Positions 31,791 to 43,499 of a stretch of DNA of 43,654 bases are shown here, piece after piece; positions within the stretch are counted from its first letter, which is position 1; each line of letters begins with the position of its first letter. A program made the position numbers and the translations under genes. Source of the stretch: Craspedostauros australis (lineage: Eukaryota); the NCBI GenBank assembly GCA_030167865.1, contig JALAGF010004047.1, forward strand, positions 1 through 43,654, read 5' to 3'. The notes under the pieces were generated by a model. That model had not been told where the DNA came from. It worked only from the letters and a program-made list of their open reading frames with translations, and did not search any database.

Positions 31791-34033
31791 CTAGACCCTG
31801 CGCTTCTTGGTGATGGGATTGTGGAGCACGTTGTCGTCCACATCGTCCATGACGAAGTCGACGATGTTGGCGCACTTCTGCGCATCCAACCCGCCGATGG
31901 ACTCCTCTTCGGATACCAACGAACTGATGCTGCCACTGGATGATGTCTCCATCGCGCTAGGGTTGGCGTGCTTGGTTGTATCGTCCTGAAGGGCGGCAGT
32001 ATCGACAGTATCAGCCGATTGTTGTTGTTGTTGGCGTTGCGATGACGCCGTCGTTGCGGACGCTGCTTCCTGGAGGTTGGTCTCAGTCACGACACATGGC
32101 ATGCCAGAGACCAGCCCCCGTTTTCTAGTGCCGTCGCCGCTGCTGCTGGGGCTTGATGCCGCGGAATCCTTCGTTGCTTGAGAGCTGGAGCCATCAACCC
32201 TGCGTGATTGGGAGGACGGCAGCCGCGTGCTGGCATTAGCACTGCCACCGATCGTCCTGCCCTTGCCTTTTGTTGCGTCGTTGTCGTCGCAATCGCCGTC
32301 CATGGTCGGCACCAGCATGGTGTCAACGACGAACTGGGACCACGCGTCGTTGGTGACCTCAACAAGGACGGAAACGACTCTGGTTGCCTCCTCCATCATG
32401 GCAGAGAGCAGGGTGCTGGTGTCAATGTCGAGAGAGACGTTGCTGAGAGTTTTCTGAGAATCTCCCTGGCCACCAAAAGTGCCTGATCGTGATAGGAAGT
32501 TCGAATGGGCGCAAGTTTGCCACGGCACAAGAAGGAGGAAAAAGTAGTTTGATGTGAGTCGTCGTGTTCCAAAATGTGAGAAGTCTTTGGTGTGATGTCG
32601 CCAATCACACGATTTGGAAATTTTTGTGATTCGTGGACAAGTTTCGGCAGATGGCGTTGGCGCATTCTGGCCATCTGTTTCGCGGCCCAGAGACCTCACG
32701 CGCCAGGTTGAACCGGCCCAGACACCAAATCAAGCTGAGCGAGCCATCGTCTTGGTGCAGAGGGCAAGCTCGGCTCTCGTGGTGGCAGGCGTGATACGAG
32801 TAAAGATGCGCGCCACATGCTGCATGCACAAGGAGGGTAGAGTAAAGGTACCCTAGCGCGATTTGATGTCCGCTGCGACTGATGGCCTTGTGCAAACCCA
32901 TGCCTCCCCTTCGTTCCGTGTGAGGACATCATCAAGAATTAGATAGCGCAAAGCACAACAGGGACACACTGTGCGATGGCATTCGTTCACTTACCGGTGA
33001 TTGAGCCTTGAGTTTGGAAGGATAGGTTGATGGATCGGTTCCCAACCCTCAAGGCACGAATGCGAGCCTCGAAGTGGAGGGGGAGGGTGATCGTTGTTGT
33101 GGTTGAAGATGGTGCAGCGCAATCCAGAAGCTCAGCCTCGGCCTTTGGCTCCATCTCAGCTTGCGGTTGTGCTTGGTTGGTTGAAGATATCTTGGTTGCA
33201 TCCAGATTTGGCTTCTCGTCGTTGTCGCCCTTCTCCTCATCCATCTTGTGGGCAGCGTCAGTCTTCGGGAAGCCCTGTTGTTCCGTTGTTGATGATGGTG
33301 TTGTTGATGCTGTGGTTTCTGTGGCCTCACCAAGAACGGCGAACTTGGTGGAAACCGAATCGGCGGAAAAAGAACCCCCGATCTCCAGTAGAGTCTTCAG
33401 CTTGTACTTGATGGCGTTGTAGGCCAGGGAGGAAGGGCCAGCGCCGCTGGTGGTTTCTTTGCCGTCGCCGATGGCCTCGCCTGGTTGATGCTGATGGTTG
33501 CAGGAAGCCATGTTCTGCCCATGTTGGGACAGCATGGCTTGACCGTGGCTGCTGAGTATTCTGGAGTAGACTCGGATCCTCGCATCCACCAGGATGTCGA
33601 AGGACGAGTAGAGGTTCTCGAGGAGCGTGCTTGGCGCGTGTTGGAGCTCGTTCGTTGCGATGCTGCTGCTGTCATTGTGCAGGGTTGTTGCTCGTGCGGG
33701 AGATGTTGACACCACCACGGGTCTTGCCAGGAGAGCTGCCGCGTGCATCTTGATGGCGCTGCGATCGTTGGAGGATGCGGCGGCATGGCTCGCGAGGGAG
33801 AGGCAGGGGAAGGAAACGGTCGCGGCAGGTGCGGATGAGCATGGTGACGCCTGGGTGACCGCGCTGTCATTGACGGCGCAGAGAAGGCTTTCGGCTGCGC
33901 CTGACACCTGGGGATTCTCCGATCCGTGTTCTCCCAAACGGCTCCGACCAACAACGAGTGACGGCTGACATGCTTCGGCGCCACCGCAGCAGGCACCGAA
34001 TGACTTCGCGATGCGCTCCAGTTCCTCTGTCAT
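31791..34033 (-). CDS. Hypothetical protein, 2 exons (34033-32995, 32482-31791), 576 aa, with a C-terminal NLS-like motif
   Basis: GTAAGT donor (32994) and CAG acceptor (32483) join in phase 1 to give TQGSITGTFGG..LSNVSLDIDTSTLLSAMMEEA. Ordered blocks LLARP..APSTLLENLYSSFDILVDARIR lie between low-complexity linkers; ends PITKKRRV. Confidence 0.7.
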
Positions 34034-37000
34034 TGTGGATGATGAGTTGGTTTGGTTGCTTGCTGCTTGCTGCTTGACCGCTTGGTTGTTGAGTGCTGGA
34101 ATGGAATGAATGCGTGCTGTTGTGCTAATATGCTGATGTGTGAGCGTTGGAACCGAGTGCGTGTTTCGCCACAGTCCAGAATTTATGCGTTTTCAAGTAT
34201 CGCGCGCAAATGCGGATGTCTACGGTACGTCAATGTGATTGTGATTGTGATTGTGCTGTGTCTTAATCTGGGAAAGTGTGGAGCAAGAGTGTGGATGCAA
34301 TGATGTAGAGCGCTCGTCGAAGTATGGTTCCATACAATGCAATGTGATGTGATGTGATGTTATGTTGCGATGGGATGAGCAATGCGATTTTACGCGTTGG
34401 TTGCTGCTTCGATTTGGTTGGTCCTCTTATTTTGTGATCGTCCTTGATCCTCTCTTCCTCGAGAAATAGCGTCGTTCGTCGTGGTCGTGCCTTCTGCCGC
34501 TGACGCTCGTGATGCCAGCGATGATGATGATGTTCTGGGGCGCTGACAGCTGGAATCGCGGTCTCTCCCTCTCTTGTGGTGCTTTGCGCCCTCTGATCTC
34601 TCTGTTCTGGCTCCGCAGAGGTGTCACAACAGCAATCGGTGCTACCAATACTCGCGAAGTTGGGGTGCACTACGACCAACTCGCACGCTAACACGAAACG
34701 TGTGGCGCCGTGTTGCGCGGTGCACAACGAGAAGGAAGGCGCAGTGCACAAAACACAAACACGCGCTTGAACCACCACCGAAACCACAAGAAGGAACCAC
34801 AACCCACGACGACTCTGTGCCAGTTGCGCATCTGATGCCCATCACGCTCCAAGTTCCGAAACGTCTTCTACTTAATACACTCTGTTCCCCATTTAACGAT
34901 ACCTTCTTGGAGTGACGCATACGGCCAGCTTGATGATTCAGAGTTGTGATCATGAGATCATAGTCTTCAACCACCAAGTGACGCGAACGCAGCGGAATCG
35001 GATTCCATGTGACGCAAACACGCTCTAGGACAGACGACCACGTTCCCAAAAGCGAAGCGGACGAGGCACCTGACGACGTTTTGTGATGTTCTCTTCGTTA
35101 ACAACCACGAAGAGAAGGATTGTTAAGTGCGAACCGTGGAGACTTCTGCATCTCCGGGTGATGCCCTTCTTGAAGTTGGGCTTTGGCACCAAAGATACCA
35201 TGGCATCACCAGGGAACCTGACGGGCCAGTCCTCTGGTAGCACACTCTACTACCACTGCTACACGTTGGTCCACAAAGAGGAGAAGTGGGTGGAGAGCTT
35301 GTGACTGAAAACGATGAGTCACAACGAACAAGGTCGAAGATGGGAAGCGTTGCACATTTGGAATTTGTGTTGTTGTCTTGAGGTATCTTCCCCGTTGCAA
35401 ACCGGCAACAGGCGCAACCAGCAGCCGGACAACCATCAACTGTCTTCTTGGCGGTGGAACGCGTGGAGCATGGCAGGGCGATGACGTCGGCGATGTTGAG
35501 CGATTTGTCACCCATCACGTTTTCCTGCATTCCCCCCACGAACATGGGCACTGGAAAACGAGCAAGAGGGTGGCAAATGTCATCACGCTGTCCAGTGTCG
35601 CGCAATCCACTGACTCTGCAAGCTTTTCGGTTCGAATGAGAGGCTCCTGTCTCTGCGACATGCGATATGCGAGTAGCACCAGCTATAGCTGCACTCTCCG
35701 ACCAGCGGACCGTCCTTGCTTTGATGGCAGCAGACAAGTTAAGAGTCATCTGTGGAGTGGAGCATGGATTGATGGGAAACGTAACGAAGGAGAGTCGCTC
35801 ACAGACTAGACATGTGTACGTAATACATGCATCCTCGTACCCAACAAACGGATGGAGGCACGAGAAGATGAGAGCACCGAACTGCGGTGTCAAGACAGAA
35901 GAACCGCTGCAGAGTGTCACGGGACGCGTTTGAGGGTTGATTGGCTTGACTCGCAAACCCTCGCTTCTCCCTTCCACAGGGAGCAAGAGTTCGCATGGAC
36001 TGGCCGATGCGACACAGCAGCAGTTCTTCCCCTTGTTCTCGTTGTTCTCGGTTCGCAACCAATCGGCAGTCGCCTCCCAGTGGCGGATAGAGAGAGTCGA
36101 TGCGCATCGCCGTGACAGCGATCCCACCTTCCTCGACGCATCCGAAGCGATCAACCAAATCAATCAGAAGAAGCAAGCAATGGAAGCGACCATCGATCGC
36201 AACGCGACATCGATCGTGGGACCGATCATGGTGCAAAACGTGCTCCCATGGGCGATAGCAGAGAGGAGCACCTCCGAAGCGTTGAAGTCAATGGATTACG
36301 TTTCCAGATCATCATTGTGGCAATCCTCTTCTCCTTTCTCATCGCCGCTGACACCTGTGTCGTCATCGACGTTTGGGCGAGGCCACATCTCTCTTGATGA
36401 AGATGGTGACGATTTCAGAATAGCAAGGATTGTGGAGCCCGTCAACACAGGTAGAGTATGGTGCAGAGTAGAGTACTATGGCAGAACATGCGTTATCGCA
36501 CTTCCAGTTATACCTGCTCCTTCTATTGCCGCCACGATTGCCTGTTCTTTGTCTTGCGACTGGCAGTGTGAGGAACACACTTCTCGGATTGGATCGGCGG
36601 GGCCGAAAGAGTCTTTGGGTGCCGTTGCGCGATGTGATGTTCGTCCAACGCCGCAATCTCAACGTCTGCCACAAATCCAAGAATAAGATCCTCCTTGCCC
36701 ACCTTCTGCAACCCAATCCGTCTTCCCAGATGCCCCGCATCGCCGATTATCCCAGATACTCCCTCTGAGTACACAAGAAGCCACCGTGGCCGTTCCACAC
36801 AGGGACGAAGAACAGAAGGAAGGAAGCGAACGTGCTCTTCCCCGAACTGGCGCTGCGCAGGAGGATACAAGCTCAACAAGAGGAGAGCCCTCGATGGACA
36901 TGAGCACGGTTGGCATTCCACGACGATTCCATGCCCGAAGCTTGATGATGTCAACGTGAGGGAGACATCTGCCTCTTCCCGCAGTCTCATCCGTTTGATC

Positions 37001-38140
37001 CATGCTCAGAACCTCATCAGCAGTCGTGAACAAGCTATCTATGTCCGAAAACGTCTGCATCGCCATCGTCATCTCCGAAGAACAAATGAGAGGGAAGGAG
37101 AAAAAGACAGCGCAGAACACAGGTGAGCGAAGGCAGAACATCATCATCTTCTTCGTTCCCCCCACATGATGTCGTATTGCGTGATCTCTCACACGATGCG
37201 AACAGACTCATGCCTGTGGGCATGGTCCACTCCGTTGGAGCACATGCTGGTACCTACTCTGCTCTGCATGCATTCCACTGAGCACAGTGGAAGACCGTTC
37301 AATCGCACCGACCGTGGCTCACAGAACACACTAGCATGACCGTACCATGCAACGTCGCCATTGCCATCATCACTGTCGTCTGTACAGTCGATTCCGCCAT
37401 TGCTGGCAGGAGCGCAGGAGTAGGCATTGCTTTCTTACACTTTAATAACACTCTGTTGCAATACTATAATAGTATGGTGTAATCGTGCGCATTCCACATA
37501 ACCTTCGTAGTCTTCAACAATGATGCAATGAATCATCTGTTCTCTCCCTCTCTCAAGGAGGCAATTGAGGGTAGCTCACAACACAGAGCATTGACAGGCT
37601 GGGTGATACACTGTGAAGTAGGCATTGCAAGCCCTTCCTAACCACACCAGAAGCGAGGGAAGGACCGATCAACCAGATGGACTCACTGAGATACACAATG
37701 ACTGCACAGGAACAGATCAAGAACAACAACAGGCCAACCCTGGCTGGACGGTGACAGGATGCACTGCACAGAACAGCAACCTGTTCATTGTGAACCGCTC
37801 TCCACAAGTAATATCACAACTATTAGAAATCCACCATGTTACATATATATCACACACGATACAGCCTGGTTTGATGATGGTTCCTTGTCGACTTCCGAGA
37901 TGCTGTGCCACATCACTCCACTGTCATGGGCCACCCCTCTGTTGCCACATCTTCAACCCTCTTGCATCACTCATCGTGGACGTGGTCGGATCAGCTGAGT
38001 GGCTTCACTTCCACACCGTCGTGCATGCAGTCTGCGTTGGCGCTGGTTCTCACCACATCCACACTCCACCGCTGTTGCCTCCAGCCACCTCCTGTTCTCT
38101 ATTGTTCCACTCACTTCGACGATGTTTGTCGGAAGCCGGT

Positions 38141-41137
38141 TCAGGTCGAAGAGTACTTCAACTGGACACCGAATCTCTTGGTCTTCCCACACCCGCCACA
38201 GTGAATACCCGTGTCCGCCAGCGCCTTCGAAGCGGTGGACTTACCGATCGGCATCGCGATGTATGGCGCAAGGTGGGTCTCATCAGCTTCTGCTTCTGCT
38301 GTGGCTGCATTTCTGGCTTCCTCCTCGATTGCTTCTAGCTTCTTTTCGATCTTGGCTTCGACTTTTGCTAGGATTTCTTGAAGCACCCGTTTTTGATCTT
38401 GCGGCGCAATGTACTTGCGTACCATTTCTTCAATCTCTTCCCTGAAGGCAGCCTTGATCACGTCGTAGCGTTCTCTGCCCAATGCATCGGCGACAGCACG
38501 ATCACCAGCAACTCTATCTCTTTCGCTTTCGGCCGCATCAGCATCGGCCTGGCTCATCGTTTGATCCACAAGGCTTTCTGGTCCGCTCGCTACGCAATAC
38601 ACGCGATCATTGCCAAATGGAATTCGGAGAAGCTCGTGAAAGATCCCATCCTTGGTGTTGCGGATGTCTTCGTTGGAAATCTGCTCACCGGTTGTGTAAC
38701 CCTTTGCCTGGATGCAGATGGTGACGAGCTTGAGGTTCTTCCACACGATCTTGTTGCCGACCTCCTCCTTTTGAGCAACCACGACGGACACGTATCCGTC
38801 TGCCAAGTTGCTGTTGCCTTCTGCGACGCTTGCGATTGGAGGGTGGAATGCTTGCGTCCCTTCCTCCAGTGTCGGTTCTGCGATGATGGCGTTTCGCAGG
38901 TCCCAGAGTCCCGTGAGGTAGTCCTTGTCAATGGTCAGCGTTGCTTCGTCACTATGCAGGAGAGGGGCATACTTCCGGAGTTCATCAGTGTTGTTGGGGG
39001 GATCAGGATTGTTGCGTTCGACCATCCAACCTTTCAGGCCATCCCAGTAGGTTCGGTTCTGTCGCTGCTGCACTTGTTGCTGCTGCTGCTGCTGTGGTTG
39101 TGTTCGCCCCAATGACAGCTGCATGGGTGACTTCTGAAGGTACATGCCCTTCATGGCAAACTCTGATGGAAAGGCAACAGGGTACCATCCGCGAAGCCCT
39201 TCCCACGATTCTGCAATGTCCTTGTCCACGAATGGAGATGTGACAGCATCACCATCTCTCACTTCGGATGCGTACATCGCAGCGCCATCCTCGAGCATCG
39301 ATTTCAGATCCTTTCGATGTGTTGCCTCAACGGTCGTGGCTGCTGCTGTCACATTGGAGAGGAATTGGACTGCGAGCGCTTCATATGCGAATGGTGTCGT
39401 CTCCAAAGCTTCATCGGGATGTGCCAGGACTTCTCCACCAGCAATCATCCAGCTACAGAGCCGCTGCATGGCAGGATCCATGAGGAAAGGGTACATCTCA
39501 ACTCTCCCGTCCTCCTGTTCCGCCATCATGGAGAGATTCGCGAATGATGCGATCGTCAGGAGCCCATACTTGCCAATGAGATCGTGTATCTCGACACGGT
39601 TCTCACCAAAGTGTTGAAAGTGGATGGAATCGTTCAGAACCTTCTCTCGGATGGAATGGGCATCCTCACCAGGTGACACCTTGATCGTTTGCTGGAAGAG
39701 GAGGGCAGCGTAAGCGCTTGCCACAACCTGCTGGCACGCGTGTGGGGACTTCCACAAGGACTCCATGCCGCTGGTTGTGCAGAAGTCTTCGAAAACAGTC
39801 GAGATGATCTTGACTTGATGGCGGGGATCACGATATGAGAAGTTTGTGGTCGCAAGCTGGAACACCAAGGCAGAAGTCATTCTTGAGTTGTGGTGGACGA
39901 TGTCGCTGAGGAGGGGATATTCTGGAAGCTGTTGAAAGGGTGGAAATTTGTCCCCAATATCTCGATACTCTCGGCAGAGAACGTTGTAGACATCTTCAAC
40001 CTTTCTTTGGGCAATTGGTTGGAGTTGCTCAAAGTTGTCTGGCAAGCTTCCTTGCGTGTCACTCTGGAAGCATGTACCTGCAATGGAGAACACCACCCGC
40101 AGTGATTCCTTCTGCGTGTTGATCCACTTGATCTCATCATGACAGTTTCCGCTTCCGTTTGGGTTGTTGCATCCCGTCATGATGAATGCGGCAAGATCTT
40201 GACCAAGATCTTTGTAGTCGCGGATGATCTCATTGATGAGGTTGGGTTGGGATCCTGCTTCATCGATGGCGACGACGATTCGCACCATGTCTTCCTTGGT
40301 GTTGCGGTGCTTGATCATGTCAGCGATCTGGACAAAAAGATCTCGGATGCTCTTGTCTTGATCCACGAGCTTGTGAATACTTTTCTTGAGACTGATTCGT
40401 GCTTCACGTCGTCGAGCAGTGCTTCTCTCAGCTGTAGGAATGTCCTTGTCGACAACCAGTTGGATGGAAAAGGCAGCATCTCTTGAGTACGCGCTCGCTG
40501 CGAGTTCGGCTGTCTTCCCGCTCCCGCTAGCAGAGCAGTACAGCAGCACCAGATCACTGTCTGCCTTTTCCATGTACAGCTGCTTAGGCGCTCTTCCATG
40601 TCTGGCTTGATGTCGGAACTGAGGGTTGCCAATGGAGAAGACCTGGCAAGAATCATACCAATCGCCATGTCTGGTGCAAACTTTCACTTGATGGAGTGTT
40701 GGTGTTGTCTTTTCACGGATGGCATTGTGCAACTTGTTGCTGATGGCATCTTGGAGTGATGCTGGTGAGCTATCGTTGAGGGGTGCGATTCCTGTGAATG
40801 ATTGGCGAGCAAACTCGATGATTTTGGAGCCTGCTGAAATGATAGCAGTGAGATAACAGCCTTCACGTGTCAAATGTTGTTGAAGGTTCCTTATTGTCCG
40901 TCCCGCATCCCAGAACCAGGCATTTCCGAATACCGATTCCCACAAAGGAGGTGCTCCTGTGCCAGATGCGTTGAGGTGAGGCTTGGCGGCAACTGCTGCG
41001 GGTACGCTGGCTTGCTTTTCGTCGCGTGAAGTGCCGGAAGAGAAACTCAGAGGGGGAGGTTTGTGCTCGCTGTCCTCTGCAATTTTTTTGCCGCTCTTGT
41101 GCTTGTTGTTGTTCTTGCGCTTGTTCCTCCTCCCCAT
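38141..41137 (-). CDS. P-loop NTPase plus putative PD-(D/E)XK nuclease (Crinkler/RHS 'CR'-like), about 998 aa
   Basis: Walker A LLYCSASGSGKT (~40511-40537), Walker B IVVAIDEAG (IVVAIDE at ~40259-40279), VVFSIAGT strand, then NLADG and ICIQAKGY (38702-38800). Start at MGRRNKRK (41137); 5' and 3' exon structure uncertain. Confidence 0.7.
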   Translation of the reverse strand: MGRRNKRKNNNKHKSGKKIAEDSEHKPPPLSFSSGTSRDEKQASVPAAVAAKPHLNASGTGAPPLWESVFGNAWFWDAGRTIRNLQQHLTREGCYLTAIISAGSKIIEFARQSFTGIAPLNDSSPASLQDAISNKLHNAIREKTTPTLHQVKVCTRHGDWYDSCQVFSIGNPQFRHQARHGRAPKQLYMEKADSDLVLLYCSASGSGKTAELAASAYSRDAAFSIQLVVDKDIPTAERSTARRREARISLKKSIHKLVDQDKSIRDLFVQIADMIKHRNTKEDMVRIVVAIDEAGSQPNLINEIIRDYKDLGQDLAAFIMTGCNNPNGSGNCHDEIKWINTQKESLRVVFSIAGTCFQSDTQGSLPDNFEQLQPIAQRKVEDVYNVLCREYRDIGDKFPPFQQLPEYPLLSDIVHHNSRMTSALVFQLATTNFSYRDPRHQVKIISTVFEDFCTTSGMESLWKSPHACQQVVASAYAALLFQQTIKVSPGEDAHSIREKVLNDSIHFQHFGENRVEIHDLIGKYGLLTIASFANLSMMAEQEDGRVEMYPFLMDPAMQRLCSWMIAGGEVLAHPDEALETTPFAYEALAVQFLSNVTAAATTVEATHRKDLKSMLEDGAAMYASEVRDGDAVTSPFVDKDIAESWEGLRGWYPVAFPSEFAMKGMYLQKSPMQLSLGRTQPQQQQQQQVQQRQNRTYWDGLKGWMVERNNPDPPNNTDELRKYAPLLHSDEATLTIDKDYLTGLWDLRNAIIAEPTLEEGTQAFHPPIASVAEGNSNLADGYVSVVVAQKEEVGNKIVWKNLKLVTICIQAKGYTTGEQISNEDIRNTKDGIFHELLRIPFGNDRVYCVASGPESLVDQTMSQADADAAESERDRVAGDRAVADALGRERYDVIKAAFREEIEEMVRKYIAPQDQKRVLQEILAKVEAKIEKKLEAIEEEARNAATAEAEADETHLAPYIAMPIGKSTASKALADTGIHCGGCGKTKRFGVQLKYSST

Positions 41138-42912
41138 TGTTGCGACTGCTCTTGCGGAGTGTGGTATTCCAAATCTTGGGGGTGTTGTCTGTTGTATGTT
41201 GTGGGTGGATGGTTGCAGGTTTCCTGTGACGTTGGAAAGCACTGTGGGATATGCGCTGCACGTCTTGAGGAATCTGTGAGAATGGCCATGGGAGAAAACG
41301 CGACGGAGACAACGAAGCTCGGCAACAAGCAACAGCATACAATGAGCAACAGGTACAGTTGAAAAGAAGGGCAAGAGAAAGACAGATTGTGAGAGATGGA
41401 TGGATATTGGTTGGATTTGGAATGGCACCATCAACCCGCTTCCCACAATGGATAGGCCGCCAGTACAGTACAATACAGCACAACACAATACCACACCATA
41501 CCAACATTCCATCCTATCGAATTGAACCACCCTGACACAAGCACAAGCACAATCTCCATCACAACGAGGAGATACTGTGGTGGGCCTTCCTTGTCAGTGT
41601 GAATGTCATTGGTAGTGTCAGTGTGGATGTGAATATCCGTTGGTGGAGTATCGATTCGTTCTCTCTCAGTTCAGCGAAGTTGGAATGGTTCGAAGTGCAA
41701 TACGATGCCAGGCCTGCATCCAACCATCTGCTTACCTTTGTTCTTTCCAGAGCCTTGCGTTTGTTGTCTGTTGTCGAAGTTGTGGCCAGCACTGAGGATT
41801 GTTGCTTTGCTTGTTTCAAGTGCGGCAGAAACGTGCCAAGATGCGGACTTCGTGGTTGCCACGCCAAGAAAGGAGTCAAGACAGTGGATTGTCCTGTCTT
41901 GCCGTGGTCACGATGGTTGTCTTGTTGGAGGAGTTGGTGCTCTGCGGATGCTGGCAATCCTTTCGCTGTGATTGCGACTGTCGTTGTCACTGGCGACAAT
42001 GGAGATGAAGATGCAGATGGAGAGGAAGATGGCCTTGGTTCTGAGGAAGATTGATGTTTGTGGTCCTGTTTGATTGATGTCCTCGCTTGTGTTTGATTTC
42101 GCCATCGTGTTGTTGTTGTTGTTGCTTTCGCCATGGGCGGAAGCCTGTTGTGTTCTGGAACGATCTGTTGCGTTTTCCAGGTTTTCGGTGTCCTCCTTCG
42201 AAGTTGTCAGGTTTTGGCGGAACCTTCTCGGACTCTGTGTTGGTCCAAGCGTGTGACGCCAAGAAAAAAAAACGGCGACGATTGATCAATTGGCACCTCT
42301 GAGTGGAGATCCAGCTTCAAACCCATGCCACCTCCATTGACACGAACATGTTGGCACAAGCATGTTGTGCACAGTAATTGAGCAGTTGCGACGTGCCACG
42401 CCAAGTGCTGTGTTGTGTTGTGATGTGCTCTCCTGTGTTGTGCTGTGCTGTGTCATCATCCAACGTCTGTGCTCGAACAGGTCCATTCTCACGTGTTCGT
42501 CAACCAATAGAACCAGTACCAAACAGGATAGAGCACGGCAGAATAGAACCCAGGACGGTTGGTTTTCGTTCTGGCTCATGGAGTAGTCGTTGCCACCCAC
42601 CGCAGGCGACAGTGCTAGGACCGGGTGCAATGCTCGCTCATTTAGAATACAATTTTACCACACTATACCATACTGCACTGAACTACACTGCACTACACTA
42701 CACCATAACATACTCTGCAACGCAACACAATCCAATGCAGCTCCATATCTACAAGCACATGGACCGACGCAGCAGAGTACTCCAAACACACACGTTGACT
42801 TGTACTATATCAGTCCACACAATCGACTCTGTCTACTCTAATCCACTCTGTTCTGCTCTATCCTATTCTATTCCATTCCATGTTATGCCATGGCATGCCA
42901 TTCTACGACATT

Positions 42913-43223
42913 CTACGAATCAGACTCCACCGCTGGACCATCAACTGCCGGACCACCAACGATACTGTACCCACCATCCACATGGATCGTTTGACCTGCG
43001 ATACCCCTCCCACCCATCGACAAGAATGACACCGTGTCTGCAACCTCATCCGCTGTCACATTGCCCAACGGTGCAAGCTCCTGCATCTCCTTTCGCATTG
43101 CTCCAAACTTGGTGATGCCACCCTTGGTCGCCACCGTGTTCAAGGGACCCGCGCTGACCGCGTTGACAAGCACAGGTGTCATCTCCAGTGCCAGACCGCG
43201 CACAATGCATTCCAGGCTGGCCT
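42913..43223 (-). pseudogene. fabI: 3' part of an enoyl-ACP reductase (FabI-like SDR) gene, interrupted by an LTR retrotransposon
   Basis: (K)ASLECIVRGLALEM..VNAVSAGPLNT..APLGNVTADEVADTVSFL..GIAGQTIHVDGGYSI matches the FabI/SDR C-terminal half; similarity stops exactly at the LTR boundary. Confidence 0.8.
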
Positions 43224-43499
43224 TGTTGAGACAACAGTCTCGCGTCGGGTCCTTACCCAGCTTCACGCTGAAGAGTGGAGCCAGGACGAGTGCTGTGTGA
43301 TGCTACTTTGGTGGTGTTTGATCAGATACTGTTTGTTTGATTTTATGGTTTGGTTTTGTTGTTTGCTGTTGGTTGGCTCTCACGTGTGTGGCCGTGGTTT
43401 GTTCTCCCATCCTGTCTCTTCGCCCCATCTCGGTCATTTCGGTCATCGCCTGGCCGTTGAGCGGACTCCTGCCAGCCACGAGCGCCAGCTGTTCCAACA
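43224..43499 (-). repeat. 3' LTR, 276 bp, TGTTG...CAACA
   Basis: Starts TGTTGGAAC right after CACAGGAGTG and ends TCTCAACA at the FabI junction; 5-bp terminal inverted repeat. The partner LTR is outside the window. Confidence 0.8.

Noticed and set aside
35123-36686. ORFs 35123-36163 (minus) and 35937-36686 (plus)
   Set aside because: Non-ATG starts, mutually overlapping, no motifs; treated as unannotated.
38239-38244. GTAAGT donor near the end of the NTPase-nuclease ORF implying a further exon
   Set aside because: No convincing acceptor or downstream exon identified; left unresolved.
43224-43266. MKLGKDPTRDCCLN as the true N-terminus of the FabI-like ORF
   Set aside because: It is LTR sequence with a GTG start, fortuitously in frame.
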